Origin: Octopus vulgaris
Taxonomy: Eukaryota
Assembly (NCBI GenBank): GCA_951406725.2
Contig: OX597814.1
Location: forward strand, 173,910,001-173,974,000
Length of the DNA: 64,000 nt
Direction of reading: 5' to 3'
Part shown: one piece after another, positions 35,346 through 49,040 of the stretch
Numbering within the stretch: the stretch's first letter is position 1
How the letters are laid out: each line of letters opens with the position of its first letter
Notes under the pieces: model-generated
Told to the model about the DNA's origin: nothing
The model's input: the letters and a program-made list of their open reading frames with translations, nothing else
The model's database searches: none
Position numbers and translations under genes: made by a program

Positions 35346-36444
35346 CAAGGCCGCTGACTGGCCCCCGCACTGGTGGCACGTAAAAAACACCATTCGAGTG
35401 TGATCGTTACCAGCATTGCCTTACTGGTACTTGTGCCAGTGGTACGTGAAAAGCAACATTCAAACAAGGGTGTTGCCAGTGCCGCTGGACTGGCTCCTGT
35501 GCAGGTGACATGTAAAAACACCATCTGAGTGTGGCTGTTGCCAGTACCGCCTTGACTGGCCCTCATACTGGTGGCACATAAAAGCACCCACTACACTCTC
35601 GGAGTGGTTGGTTTTAGGAAGGGCTTCCAACTGTAGAAACTCTGCCAGATCAGATTGGAGCTTGGTGCAGCCATCTGGCTCACCAGTCCTCAGTCAAACC
35701 GACTAACCCATGCCAGCATGGAAAACAGACGTTAAACAATGATGATCAAAAAGTCAAATACCATTAACTGCATTCGTTGTTTTAGTGATTTTTATATATT
35801 TTCCTTTACACAAAATGAATCTAGCCCTTCAGCACCAAAAATTTACTAAACACAAGTAAAAGAAAATAAAAATAAAATCCTCCTACTCATTTTCTCTTTT
35901 CTTACCAATAAAACAGAAAACCTACCTGGCTGTGAAGCCATTTCTTTAGGAATTCTCACCTTTGAAAACTTTCCTGTTCATTTGAATTTTTCTTTTTCTC
36001 CTTTTTTTTTTTCTTGATATCTTTGTTTTTTGTTTTTTTTTTAAGCCAATAGTACATTAAAAACATGTTTATCAAGGATTGTGACCTTCAAACTAACATA
36101 CTTAGGACATTAAAACTGTGAATGAATTTTCCCACCCTTGTAAAAGTAATAAATAATAAGAAAAACGAAAGCAGTAGCAGTAGAGACTACAAAACGTGAG
36201 GTGAAAACACATGATAAGTCTTCCTGAAACCACACAACCTAGCTCCTTAAAAATGAGGCACAATAAAGGATGTAGTCTAGAGCACAAAATTCCTGAAAGG
36301 AATGATACTGAATATTCATGTCTGGGCTACTATGTTCATATGTCTACTTGATACCTAGCTGACTTGGTACTGAATAACTAATAGCAGGTTATGTTAATTA
36401 ACAGTAATTTAATTACTAATCAATTATAAAAGCAATACCAGCAA

Positions 36445-37462
36445 GTCAGTGAGGGAGCCTATACATAGCTGCTCAACCCACCAGAATTAGCCAGATAACT
36501 TTTAAATGACACCTGTAGCCTAGCTGGGCAAGGGGAGCAGTCTGGTCCAAGCAGTGCTTTTATAGGGGTAGCACTTTTGAGTCTGCTGTATAAGCTTGGG
36601 TGGGGGCTCAAACTCCAGGGATAGATCATGTAGCTCACATTCTCACTATGCCACTGAATCACACTCTTTGACCTTATAAAAAAAAGGGATATGTTGGATA
36701 ATGTGGTCTTATGTTTTCTGGATAAAAAGCAGTATGGTCACAACTGGAGTGCATAGGTATGCTCAGTCAGTGCCAACCTGAAGCTAAATACAACAGCAAT
36801 ACTAACAAATCAATGAGGGAGCCTCTACATACTTACTCAACATGCTAGAAATAGCAGCAAAATCTTGCTCCAGTCACATTCCACTGTCTTGCAAAAAGGA
36901 AAGACACATTTGTTAATGAAGTCCCAGATGTTGCTACAAAGACAAGGTTGCCTTAGCTACAATGCCTTTTAATGTAAACCTACTCAATCAAGGTTGACCC
37001 GGAAGAAACAACCACAACAAAGTAATACACTATATAAGAATAAGATTGAATATTGTTATATTCATAAGTAGGGCCTTGGTGTAATTGCTCACCTGCTAGA
37101 AATAGTTACCAAATCTTTCTGAGATTTTACTTTATATATATATTACTTTGGATATAATGTTTGAATTAAAGGCAAGATGATTACTGAATCATAGGTTTCC
37201 TCAATCAGAGTTGTCTCAGACTAAATATCAGCAATATCAATGCAATACATACACAGGAAATACAGAGGTACACTTGAAGCCAATGAGACTGCCTTTACGT
37301 GGTCGCTTGACTTGCTAGAAATAGCAGTCAACTATCCTTCAAATCACCTTGATAATGTATCCCTTGGTTCTCTGCATATAAGGGGGGAAGGGGATAGTTA
37401 TGGTTAGAATATCTTTTATATGTCTTCTTGATCAGTGTTGACCCTAGGCCTTACAACAACAA
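36445..37462 (+). repeat. Cluster of four same-orientation copies of an (AAC)n-tailed SINE-like repeat (family F)
   Basis: gagggagcct...ctgctagaaatagcagccaaatc...gacctggggctaaacaacaac pattern at about 36445, 36810, 37070 and 37280. Dispersed copies at 14830, 20075, 27125, 29795, 50920, 58055, 58310 and 59250. Confidence 0.7.
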
Positions 37463-38950
37463 CATAGGTGTATGTAATATAGCTATAAGTATAGAAAAGA
37501 TATATTTCTCACATTGTTACAAAGTCACACATTATAAGGATGAGTTATAGGTGATTAAATCAACTTTAGTATGTGTCTAAGACTGTTTTGATGAAGGGTT
37601 AAAAGACAAGTTTGCCTTACCAGGATTTGAACTTGGAACATAAACCTAACTAAATTCAAGAAAGCATTTTCTTTGGTGCTTTACAGACTCTCACTCCATT
37701 GCCTTTGGACAATATTAATCTTTTAATTGTTTCAGTCTTTGGACTGTGGTTGTGCTATGGCACTGCCTTGAAGGGATTAGTAAAACAAATTGATCCTAGT
37801 ATTTTTTTTTTTTAGTTCTGGTACTAATTCTATCAGTTTCATTTGCTGAACTACTAAGTTATGGGAACATATACAAGCCATCATCAGTTGTTAGGTGGTG
37901 GTGAGGTGGGCAAAGACAACTACAGATGCATACACCTGCTTGAAACATACATACATAGCTACACACATGCACACACTTCCACACAGTTTCCATTTACCAA
38001 ATTCACTTACAAGACAAGTTATAGCAGAAAACACTCAACATGCCACTAAGTTGGACTGAGCCCAAAACTACATATCTGCAAAGTGAGCTTCTCAACCACA
38101 CAGCCATACTTTCATCTCTTTGATAAAGTTTTCTTAACTTACCCAATTAAAATGTTCTAAGTGTTAAAGCAAAGCCAGTTATCTATTTATTTTTCATTCT
38201 ATCTACGTCTTCAATATGCTTGTGTACATTGACACAGCAGCTAAATGTCTCCCAAGATGCCTGTGATTGACAATAAATTGATTTGAATGGTGCTTCAGTT
38301 AATTACAACTCGGTCACATATTTACTGGTGCCACTAAAAATAAGCTCCCACTAACTCTATTCCTTTCATTGTGCTTTTATTTTTATTTTAGCAAAACATT
38401 GATTTCTAATATCAACAAAAGGTTATTAAGTTTTGAGGTGGGATATTGTCAATAAAATCAATTCTGGTTTTTAATGGGTGCATTTATGTTAACAATCCTA
38501 GAAAGATGAAAGACAAAATCTACATCAGGGGAATTCAAACTCAAAGTAAGGTATTTTGTCTGTCAATCCTTATTCCCTGTGCAAGCAAAATATATTGAAA
38601 TCCAATGCTTACGGTAAGCAATCGTTAATATGATTATAATTTTTGGACTTCTCATTTGAATTCAATGGAAAATATTCTAATATTTACATCTATACTGTTT
38701 CAAGTCATTTAATCTCTGATTGATGTAAAGTGTTTTATTCTTGGGTATATACATAATCCTGGACTGGATTGACTCTAGTTCAATACCATATACGCATACA
38801 GGAATATGGCATTTGATAACAATCAAACTAAAATTTAAAAAATCATAATATATTGGTTTCAAATTTTGGCACAAGACCAACAATTTGGGAGAGGGAGGAA
38901 GTCAATTACATCGACTCCAGTGTTCAGCTGGTACTTATTCTATCAACTCC

Positions 38951-39183
38951 AAGGCGGCAAGCTGGCAGAAACATTAGCGCGCTGGGCGAAATGCTTAGCG
39001 GTATTTCGTCTGTCGTTACGTTCTGAGTTCAAATTCTGCCGAGGTCGACTTTGCCTTTCATCCTTTCGGGGTCAATAAATTAAGTACCAGTTTCGCACTG
39101 GGGTCAATGTAATCAATTTAATCCCTTTGTCTGTCCTTGTTTGTCCCCTCTATGTTTAGCCCGTTGTGGGCAATAAAGAAATA
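38951..39183 (+). mobile_element. SINE-E inserted antisense into an older E-type copy (38860-39316, -)
   Basis: TSD tattctatcaac(t/c)ccaag at about 38936 and 39184. The host copy resumes on both sides. Confidence 0.8.
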
Positions 39184-40553
39184 TATTCTATCAACCCCAA
39201 GAGTATGTAAGGCAAAGTCAACCACAGCTGCATTTGAACTTAGAACATACAGATAGATGAAAGGCTGTTAAGCATTTTACCTGGTGTGCTAACAATTCTG
39301 CCAGCTCACCACCTTTATAATGATAATAATATACTATAATCAGTTATGTTACAAGGATTTTCCACAGATATGTTTTATTCCCATATTACTAATACTTCAA
39401 TAAAGCACCTTCTACATACACATTCAAGACTATTCATTCATCCAACATGTTCCAATTACTGACCCATTTTGAACTATGACCTCTCTTTATCATCTCCATC
39501 ATTATATTAGCTCTTGCTTTTGTAAACTTGCTGGCTTTATGCCATTTCTATTGAATCCACTTCATACCCTCATTTCTGCACTTGCTATTCTGTGTATGAT
39601 GTTTCACTTGCCAGATTCCATACTAAATATTTTCCAACAATCCTTCTCCAGAATTCCTTCCTCAGAAACTCCCTCGCATCTATATTTTCTTTTCAACCAT
39701 TAACCTGCATTCAGTCTTAATATAACAGCGCAAGTCTTACCCAATTAATACTTTCTCCTATACTAAGAACACCTAATATGTGTGTATGTGTGTGTTCATA
39801 ACTTCTCTTCGTAAGACTTATAAAATAAAAAGAATTTTATGGCTCTGTAAAGTCTGATGTCTTTGTATGGACTTTTATGCATTTTATACACAGGTCACCT
39901 TTCAAGACAAGGCAAAAACTAACGATACTTAGTTTCTAATCTAAAACATGTGCCCCTTGATGCATGCCTGGATATAAGAAAAAAATATTGGTTTCTGATT
40001 TTAGCACAAGGCCAGCAATTTTAGTGGGATTGGCCAAGACAATTAAATCAATCTTAGTGCTCAACTGGCACTTGTTTTATCAATCCCAAAGAGAAGAATG
40101 GCAAAATCAACCTCGGCTGAATTTGAACTCAGAACATACAGATGAATTTCCGCTAAGCATCTTGCCCAGCATGCTAATGATTTTGCCAGAAACTAATATC
40201 AAAATTTATCGATACTGTAATTATAATATATAGTGAATCTATTGCTGTAGCACATGTTTAAGCTGACACTGCATGTGTAATTAGATACACTGAGTGAATG
40301 TAAATAAATGCCTATACAATCTCCATTGTATTACTACAATCGATTTATTCTACTGTTCAATAACAGTATGAAGAAACATGTTGCTTAGCATATCAATAAT
40401 TAATTAAAATACATTTGTCTGGAAATCTTTTCCCGCCTAAATTCTTTTTTTTTTTTTCCCCCCATCTTGTTACTCTAACTAATAGTAACAGTTCAACTTA
40501 AGCCTTATCCAAACTGGATTCATTCTGTTAGTCATATATTCTCTGCCGCTATC

Positions 40554-40766
40554 CTTTTCTACTCTAGGCACAAGGCCCGAAATTTTTGGGAGGGGGGCCA
40601 GTCGATTAGATTGACCCCAGTACGCAACTGGTACTTAATTTATCGACCCCAAAAGGATGAAAGGTAAAGTCGACCTCGGCGGAATTTGAACTCAGAACGT
40701 AAAGACAGACGAAATACCGCTAGGCATTTCGCCTGGTGTGCTAACGTTTCTGCCAGCTCACCGCCT
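40554..40766 (-). mobile_element. SINE family E with a 17-bp TSD
   Basis: TSD tattctctgcc(g/t)ctatc at 40537-40553 and 40767-40783. Confidence 0.9.
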
Positions 40767-41097
40767 TATTCTCTGCCTCTATCGGTCTGAAAATAATATC
40801 AACCCTATCTCATTCTCAGGCCCAAAATGGAAATGATTCAACCACTTTTGTTCATTTAAGTTCTCTGAAAATCATTAGCATTTAAAAAAATATTGTCATT
40901 CTTGTTATTTAGCTCTAGGCCAGGCCTGATCCAGAAGACCAATAATCAAAGGCATTTCAGCCCATAACCGTATTTTTCTTTCTGATGGCAGGTGAGGTTT
41001 CTGAGAAAACTGGCTGCTATTCCCTGCAGGTTAAGCAAATGCATGATGGCCTCATTTTTTTGTCTTCTATCATTTAGCTGTTTCAGTCAGTGGACTG

Positions 41098-41316
41098 AAA
41101 AAGCATGAATGCTGCTCAACACCAACTCTTCTCTGTATTTAATTACATGAGATTGTACCAATGTGAAGAGATTGGAGCTATATTCCTACACAGCATCTTT
41201 ACATGAATGGTAGTATAATAAAAAGATTAAACAAGATATGCAAGGATATATCATGTTTCTGTATTATCTTCTGATGCACTTTAAAACTATAAAAGACTAC
41301 ATCATCATGTCTTTGC
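41098..41316 (+). repeat. 219-bp direct duplicate of 43291-43509
   Basis: aaaaagcatgaatg...catcatcatgtctttgc is present twice with only scattered substitutions. Confidence 0.95.
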
Positions 41317-43820
41317 TAGACTTATGCTTTTAAGTCCGGTACATATATTATTGGTTTCTTATGCCAAAACCACTCAGTTATGGAGATATAAACCAACCAA
41401 CACCAGTTGTCAAGAGGTGAAGAGGTACACACACACGCACACACACACAAATAACATGCATATGACAAGCTTCTACACAGTTTCTGCCTACCAAATTCAC
41501 TCACAAGGCATTGACCAATCTGGGGCTAAAGTAGAAGACCTTTGTCCAAGTTACCACACTGTGGGACTGGACTTGAAACCATGTGGTTGCAAAGCAAGCT
41601 TCTTAACTACACAACAGTAACTGTTACCAAAATTTTACAGCCAAAATTCATATTAATTTTGGTGTCAAAAATCATATTTTTCAACTGCTAGGTTTCTCGT
41701 GAGAAACTTTTCTGTACTCTGCTTATCTTTTCACTACCAGTCTGCCTGTGACAATAGTTAGATCCATGATACAAAACCTCTTCTTTTACATGTTCTTATT
41801 TAAATTATAACCTTCCATTATAGTTTTGGTATATCTTTATTGAGTTATGTTCCAGACACCAGTTTCATCATCAACATTCTTATATGCACCTTTCCCTGCT
41901 GGTGGGACTTTCTGTGACTGTTTTTATGGCTCAGTACCCTTTCTGATGTTAAGTCTTTTACCTAACTTACAACATGTAGAGATACTGTGTACCTATCTTA
42001 AAAACCAAGATACACATGGATAATAATGACAAATTAATAACTTCACTAAATCCCTCCAAAATACCTATTTTCCATTTTACCATATTTTCTGACATACAAG
42101 TTGATGTATAGTGTAAACATTCAAACGTCATCATCATCATCAATCTAAATCTGTCTTCATTTCACTTGGAATTTTTGGTTCTCCAGTATCACCTTAATGT
42201 ATAAGTTAACCTACATTTTTGCACTGAAAATTTTGGTCTGAAAAAATTCAACTTGCATGCCAGAAAATATGGTACTTGAAACAGTAGAGACAGAGTATTT
42301 GAATGGAAATATGCTTATAAAAAGGTTAAAGATTGGAATTGATTTTTAGCTGATTGTCGACTCTCACGAAACTTTTTCAAACTGATACCAAATTCATGCA
42401 AAATTTATCAGCAACATCATGTTGATTGCATTGGGACTCAGGATCAATACTGCCATTGTGAATCTTCAAACTAGCATGAAAACTGATCCACGAAGTGTTC
42501 ATAAACAGCTGTATTCTTTGACTGAAAACAATCACCCGAGATGAAAGTAAAATATTCATTTTCTAGCAAGTTAATGTATTCAGTTTAGATCATCTGCATG
42601 AGAATTTTTTTGTTGATTCTCTTGTCTTGTTTGTTTGCTCTGTAATGCTTTGAATAGCTAAGATATATGATTTATTTATTTATTTATTTTCCTGATTTAT
42701 CATGATGTTATGGTGGTGGTGACACATACAGAGAAGTAAATAAGCTTTCGATGAACCAAGTCTATGGTCTTGTAGTTGTTGCTGTTTAGCCTCAGGTCAG
42801 CTTTCATTGAGCAGGCCTTATAATGAAGACCATGAACATTGTGTGATTTGAGTGGGGTTTGCTATTATTTTTACCTTACTTATGATCTAGTATAGATTCT
42901 GGGCTAAAGTCTTTATAATTTACTTGTTTCAACTATTTGACTGCATCCATGCTGGGGTACCACCTTGGTAGGATTTTAGTCAAACAAATTGACCCCAGTA
43001 CTTATTTTTTAAGCTTGACACTCTACCTGTCTCTTAAGCCACTAAGTTACAAGGACATAAACAAACTAACACTGGTGGTCAAGTGGTGAGGGTAGACAAA
43101 CACGGACACATACACACAGATATATATACTATGGGCTTCCACACATTTTCCACCTACCAAATCCACTTACAAGATATTGGTTGGCACAAGGCTATATAGT
43201 AAAAGACACTGGCTCAAGTTGCTGTGCAGAGGGATTGAACTCAAAATTATACGATTACAAAGCATGCCTGTGCTTTTGAAGAAGGTAAAAAAAAAGCATG
43301 AATGTTGCTCAATACCAACTCTTCTCTGTATTTAATTACATGAGATTGTACCAATGTGAAGAGATTGGAGTTATATTCCTATACAGCATCTTTACATGAA
43401 TGGTAGTATAATAAAAAGATTAAACAAGATATACAAGGATATATCATGTTTCTGTATTATCTTCTGATGCACTTTAAAACTATAAACGAATACATCATCA
43501 TGTCTTTGCATTGTCAAGTGATATCTTTCAAAAGTTGTAAGGGAGTATATCATGTCTTCATTATTGTTTGCTGAAATCTTTCAAAGAGCTATCGTGTCTC
43601 TGTTGTCTACTGATAAATCTTTTGAAAATATGAAAGGATATATCATGTTTTTGTTAATTTGATAAATAAAATTTTTCTTTTCAAAAATCTATCAGCTGTT
43701 GAATCCATAATGTATGTTATTTGTGGGCAGCATAGGAACAAAAGCATTGTCTTCTATAGAGGATGATATCAGGGATTCATATTCACTAATTTCTGTGTAG
43801 CTGCAAGTATGTCTTTGTGG

Positions 43821-43995
43821 TTAACCCTTTCGTTACCAACCCGGCTGAAACCGGCTCTGGCTCTGAGCACAAATGTCTTGCTTTCATAAGTTTGAATTAA
43901 AATCTTCAGTCAAACCTTAGTCACAATTTATGTTCCTAACGCTAGCTGAATGATAACTAAGTTATTTTACTAAATTCTTTGTTATATTTAAAGTT
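43821..43995 (+). mobile_element. Left end of a piggyBac-like non-autonomous element
   Basis: TTAA-CCCTTT terminus. The right end is not seen. Confidence 0.5.
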
Positions 43996-44889
43996 ATTTT
44001 GGATAATATATGTGTGTGTGTCTGTGTGTGCATATGTATGTGTCTATGTATGTTTATAGGTATACATATATGTCTGTATATAAGTATGTATATATGTGTG
44101 TATATGGATGTATGTGTATTTGTGTTTATGTTTACACTTGTTAGCCTTGTCTTGCCCCTATGTGTCCTGTACTACGTAGTTCAACAAATAGAGAGTGATG
44201 AAATAACTACTCAACTGAGTTAAGTACTAGAGTCATATGATTGACTAAAACCCTTGAAGTTGTTGCTCCAACATGGCTGCAATCCAGTTACTGAAACTCA
44301 TAAAAGTAATAATAATAATAATAATAATAATAGTAATAATAATAATAATGGTAATTCTCAGATTCTGGTTTCTTTTTCCTACAATATATCATCACTAATT
44401 ATAAATAACACATAATAAAATGTCCAACTTGCTGTTACTTGTGATTGTTGGGTGAGACTAGGAGCAGCTCATATAAAATGAAGCAACAACATCATATATA
44501 ATAATAATAATGATTAGAATTCTGAAAAGACCTTGACTGATTACCTTTTACTAAGGACTCGAGTGTATCAGAGACAATAAATTCTTTATACTCTGTTCTT
44601 TAGACGTGGTATACTTGGAGAGTATTAATAAATTGCCAAGATTTGCATATGTACCTACCTTTGCACTCTAACCCATTCTTTTGTCATATGGGAAAGAATG
44701 CAAGATTACGCTGTAGTTTTCAAATTCTATATAAATAGATAAATATATAAATTAACTACTTGAATTTGTTTTCTGAGAGTTTGTCAGTAGAATTCTGGGA
44801 ATTCAACTGCTCTAAATAAATAAATCAACAATTAAGATATATGCATGAATATGTAAATTGTGTGTATGTGTATGTGTGTATATATATAC

Positions 44890-44933
<44 letters not shown>

Positions 44934-45078
44934 CAAAGTGGGACAAGAACGCAAGACCTCTGGACAGCTAGGTGATACAAAAAGGGAGAAAAGAACATCC
45001 AGATAGACGATACAAAGAAAACAAGGACGGGTCATTTGAAGTTTTCTTTCCTCAGTCAAGAACCAGATTATCCTCGCA

Positions 45079-45126
<48 letters not shown>

Positions 45127-47154
45127 GCATGTCACACATATATATATTCACATATATATATTGGGCACAGACAATGTGTCATTAGCCAGCTGGAGGAGAT
45201 GTCTTCTTGGGGCTATAAACTACAGTAGCATTGTCCCATATGGGTCAGCCACATTTAGGTGTCAAATATACTTCACGATATATATACATACATATATATA
45301 CATATATATATGTGTGTGTGTGTCAGTAAAAATCGAGACTATCAATTTACTTTGCAGTTTCTAAGTGGGGTACGTACAACTATTTAAATTTTTTTTTTCT
45401 ACAGTAGCAGAAAAAATTTGAAACCAATATTGTTTCACTTCAAGTGCACAGTTTTCTAACAGTATTTTTTTTGTTGCACAATATTTCATTTGAACAGGTT
45501 CACTTGTTTGCATTAAGTCACATGTTTTATTTACATTTTGAGGCCCGTTTTACACTAAATGACATTTTAGTTTCGCAGAGAAAGCAACTATTCTGACTGA
45601 TCAATATTTTAATACCAATTCAGTTATGCAGGTTTATCAATACCTTTTAGCACCACCATTGCAGTTTGAAGAATGGCAGCAAGTAGGCAAACTGCCTTGT
45701 GTGTGTATGTGTGTCCTTTTTTTTTTTGTTTTTTTTTAGCTTCTTGCTCTCACTCTTCCCATATTTTTCACTTCATCTCATTCTCCATTTTCCCAAACTC
45801 TCTCTCTTTCTCTCTCTCTCCTCTTCATATTTAGAAAGTCATGTTCTCTACAAGACTGCCAAGAATATGAGATTTTCTCATTAAGCCATGGCTTTCAGGT
45901 TAACTAGTTCACTTTGCAACCATGTGGTTTTGGGTTCAGTTCCATCTCGTGGCACCTTGGGCAAGTGTTTTCTAATATAGCCCCAGGTCAACCAATGCCT
46001 TATGAGTGTCCCCTAATAACTTCTTGACAACTGGTTTTGACTTATTTACATCCTCATAACTTAGCAGTTCAGCAAAGGAACCAATAGAATAAGTGTCAGA
46101 ATTTTTTTGATTTCTTCAAGGTGGTGCTCCAGTATGGCTGCAGTCCAATGACTTAAACAAGTAAATGATAAAAAGGTCATCTTAATTCTGTTAATTCAGC
46201 TAACCATCAGCTGTTATTTAACAACCTGTTGACTCCTGTGTTGAAGGCATCCATTCTAAATCACCTTGGTCTGCAGTCATTCGTAAACACTTAAATGATA
46301 GGTTCTCTTCTTCAAACAGAAAAGTAACTTGAAATTAGTTCTGTCTGTTCTTTTTACTGTCCTTTATATTGTATCTTTCTAATTTATATTTATGTGGTGG
46401 GAGACCAACATGACTCTCGGGCTAGCTGGATAATGACGATGATACCCCCATCAGTCTTGACAATGAGTACTTTGTTGTTTAACTAATTGTGAAATTAGAT
46501 TAAAAGTGTAAGTGACAGAGTATTCCTCAGATAAGTGTACCTTTTAATGCAATTCTCCCAATAAATCAGCTTGAGATAATGTCATTCATGACATTATTAT
46601 TATCATCATCATCATTATTATGTGGCTGGACATTTGAATTATAGACATGTTTTCATGATTAAGAGTAAGAGAACCACACTAATACTGGGCTGTTACTTCG
46701 GTTTCTCACCTCCAAAATGATGGAAGGCTGAGTGGACCTTGGAGAGATTTGAAATGAGAACACTGGGAGCTGAAATTAATACAAAAAAGTATTAAATGTG
46801 GCTATGTGGTTAAGAAGTTTGCTCCTTAACCACATGGTTTCGGGTTCAGTTTCAATGCATGAAATCTTGGGTGAATGTCTTCAACTATGGCCCTAGGCCA
46901 ACCAAAGCCTCTCGAGTTACTTGGTAGATAGCAACTAAAAGAAACCTGTTGTGTGTGTCCATGTCCTTGTTTTGACATAGTGTGATAGTTGTAAATGAGT
47001 GTTATTCACTTTCAATATTCTATGGCAACATGTCTTGCCATAGGGAAATATTACCTTGCTTGGAAACAGGTGAGAGTCAGCATCAAGAAGGGCATATAGC
47101 TGTAGAAAATTTTCTTTAAATTCTGACCAGCCTATGAAAGCATGAAAAAAGTTG

Positions 47155-47203
<49 letters not shown>

Positions 47204-47208
<5 letters not shown>

Positions 47209-47649
47209 ATCCAAACAAGAAAACACAGAAAAAAAAAGAGAAAAAAACACAGCAACGCAGGACGTGGAACAATTAAAGTATTATTGACGCTCAGGAAAGA
47301 AGGGAAGGAGGGTTTAACGTTTCGAGCGGAGCTCTTCATCGGAAACAAGGAGTAGGAAAGATCCCAAGGAAGGAAGACAGAGGAGAAAATATTTGAGCTG
47401 GTGGTGCTATCCAAATAAGCAACAAGTATATCCAAGGTAGAGTAGTACAAATGTTTCATGCTACTTCATTTTATTAAACACTTTTTATTAAATGAAGTAG
47501 CATGCAACAATTGTACTACTCTACCTTGGTTATACTCGTTGCTTATTTTGATTATAATCACCCCATTTGATTTATATGGATAATACCATACAAAACTCTG
47601 GTACCTTTAACTTAAGTATCATATTCATCTGAATCTAAATTTTGCTGAA

Positions 47650-47650
<1 letters not shown>
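47204..47650. mobile_element. Compound (TA)n-flanked Penelope-like cluster: one hammerhead-bearing fragment plus a second foldback family
   Basis: Hammerhead at 47312-47346(-). Inverted arms at about 47410-47478 and 47483-47552. 47204-47310 is homologous to 52525-52626(+). Confidence 0.7.
47312..47346 (-). ncRNA. Minimal type I hammerhead (CCGAUGA variant, loopless ACGU stem III)
   Basis: gttt-CCGATGA-a-GAGC(tcc)GCTC-GAAAC-GTT-aaac. Confidence 0.7.
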
Positions 47651-47696
<46 letters not shown>

Positions 47697-47999
47697 CACA
47701 CACACACACACACATACATACATATATAGTGATGTATTTCAGATTTGATGTTTTAACAAAGACTCTTTACTTTTGAAGCTATTTGCTCTACAGTTATCTT
47801 TAAAGTGTAGAGAGTCCTCTTTGGATTTCTGGTTTCCTTGATCTTTGATTCAGTAATTTTCATTTATAATATAGTATATATTTGAAGTTGGTGTTTCATT
47901 TTGACCCTTACTCAGTTTAATCTTCCCACCCTGAATAGGATGGATGAAAACCTCTACTTCAAATACATAGACAAACCTTACTTATATTGCATATTTGTT

Positions 48000-48164
48000 T
48001 TCAGCTCTGTGTGTGTGTGTGAGAGAGGGGGAAGAAAGAGATTTTTTTTCCTCTCTTTCTTGTTTTTTTCTTTACTTATTTTATTAGTCATTGTTGAGAA
48101 TTCTTGTTAAGAATTCTCTGTGATTCTGTTTTGATCAGATAAAGCAGACAGTTACAGTCAGTAG
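48000..48164 (+). other. Candidate alternative non-coding 5' exon of EVI5
   Basis: TAG|GTAAGA donor at 48165 in repeat-free sequence, followed by a very T-rich intron-like tract. Splicing to 60434 would use ATG 60487. The 5' boundary is unknown. Confidence 0.35.
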
Positions 48165-49040
48165 GTAAGAAATAAAACAATAGTCGTATATCCTTTGTCA
48201 AATTATTATTGTTTTTGTAGTTCCTTTGTGTTTATTTTTTAGCAATTCAATATACTGTATGTAACATTGCTTGTGCTTTGACTTTTTTCTAAAGTTACTT
48301 TATTTTTTGTTTTTTCATTTCATCCATAGTTTTTAAATTCCAATAACATTGTTCAGATTTATAAACCATTTGAATTGTCTATTATTTTGTCTTTAAATAG
48401 AATTCATAGGTATTTTATTCTATCTAGTTATTTCATTCTGTATGTAGATACTCTATTTTATGTAGTTAGTTTAAAACCAACCAAACATGTACCATACACA
48501 TTGCTGGAGTGGGAACTGTGTTATTTTAGCTAATACTGTATTTGTGAAGGTCTTTGACCTTGTGGTTTATGGCATTCGGCACACTATTAAAAGTCATTGT
48601 TTCAGTTTATAGATTGAGTGGCTCATATTGCTCTTCAGCAAGGTACATCGTCTCATGTTGCTCCAATCTATACTGCTGAGAATGAATACCTGTCTATTGC
48701 AGATGCAACCCTTTCTCTTCTCAGCTGTTAGATCTGTGATGCTCTGCTGGGTTGATGGGTATAACTATAGGATGTGTATCTGCTTCTAACTACAAACTGA
48801 AAGCAATTAATGAAAGCTTGGTCATATGTTATCAGGTCATATGCTCTTGTGAGTGATAGTTATTTTTATTTATTAAATAATGTCTCTTGCTAAAGAGAAA
48901 TAGAATTTTATTTATCTCTTTATTTTAAATAAATTCTGTTTGTTTTTATTGCATATTCTTCTACCCAGTGGTAGAAGAATGCTGCCAAATTTCCCTCAAA
49001 CTCACTCAGCACTCTGCCATTTTATGAAAGGACATTTTAG

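Noticed and set aside
41098-43509. LTR retroelement bounded by 219-bp LTRs
   Set aside because: No TG...CA ends, PBS/PPT or TSD. The first copy replaces part of a SINE, which fits repair-templated insertion better.
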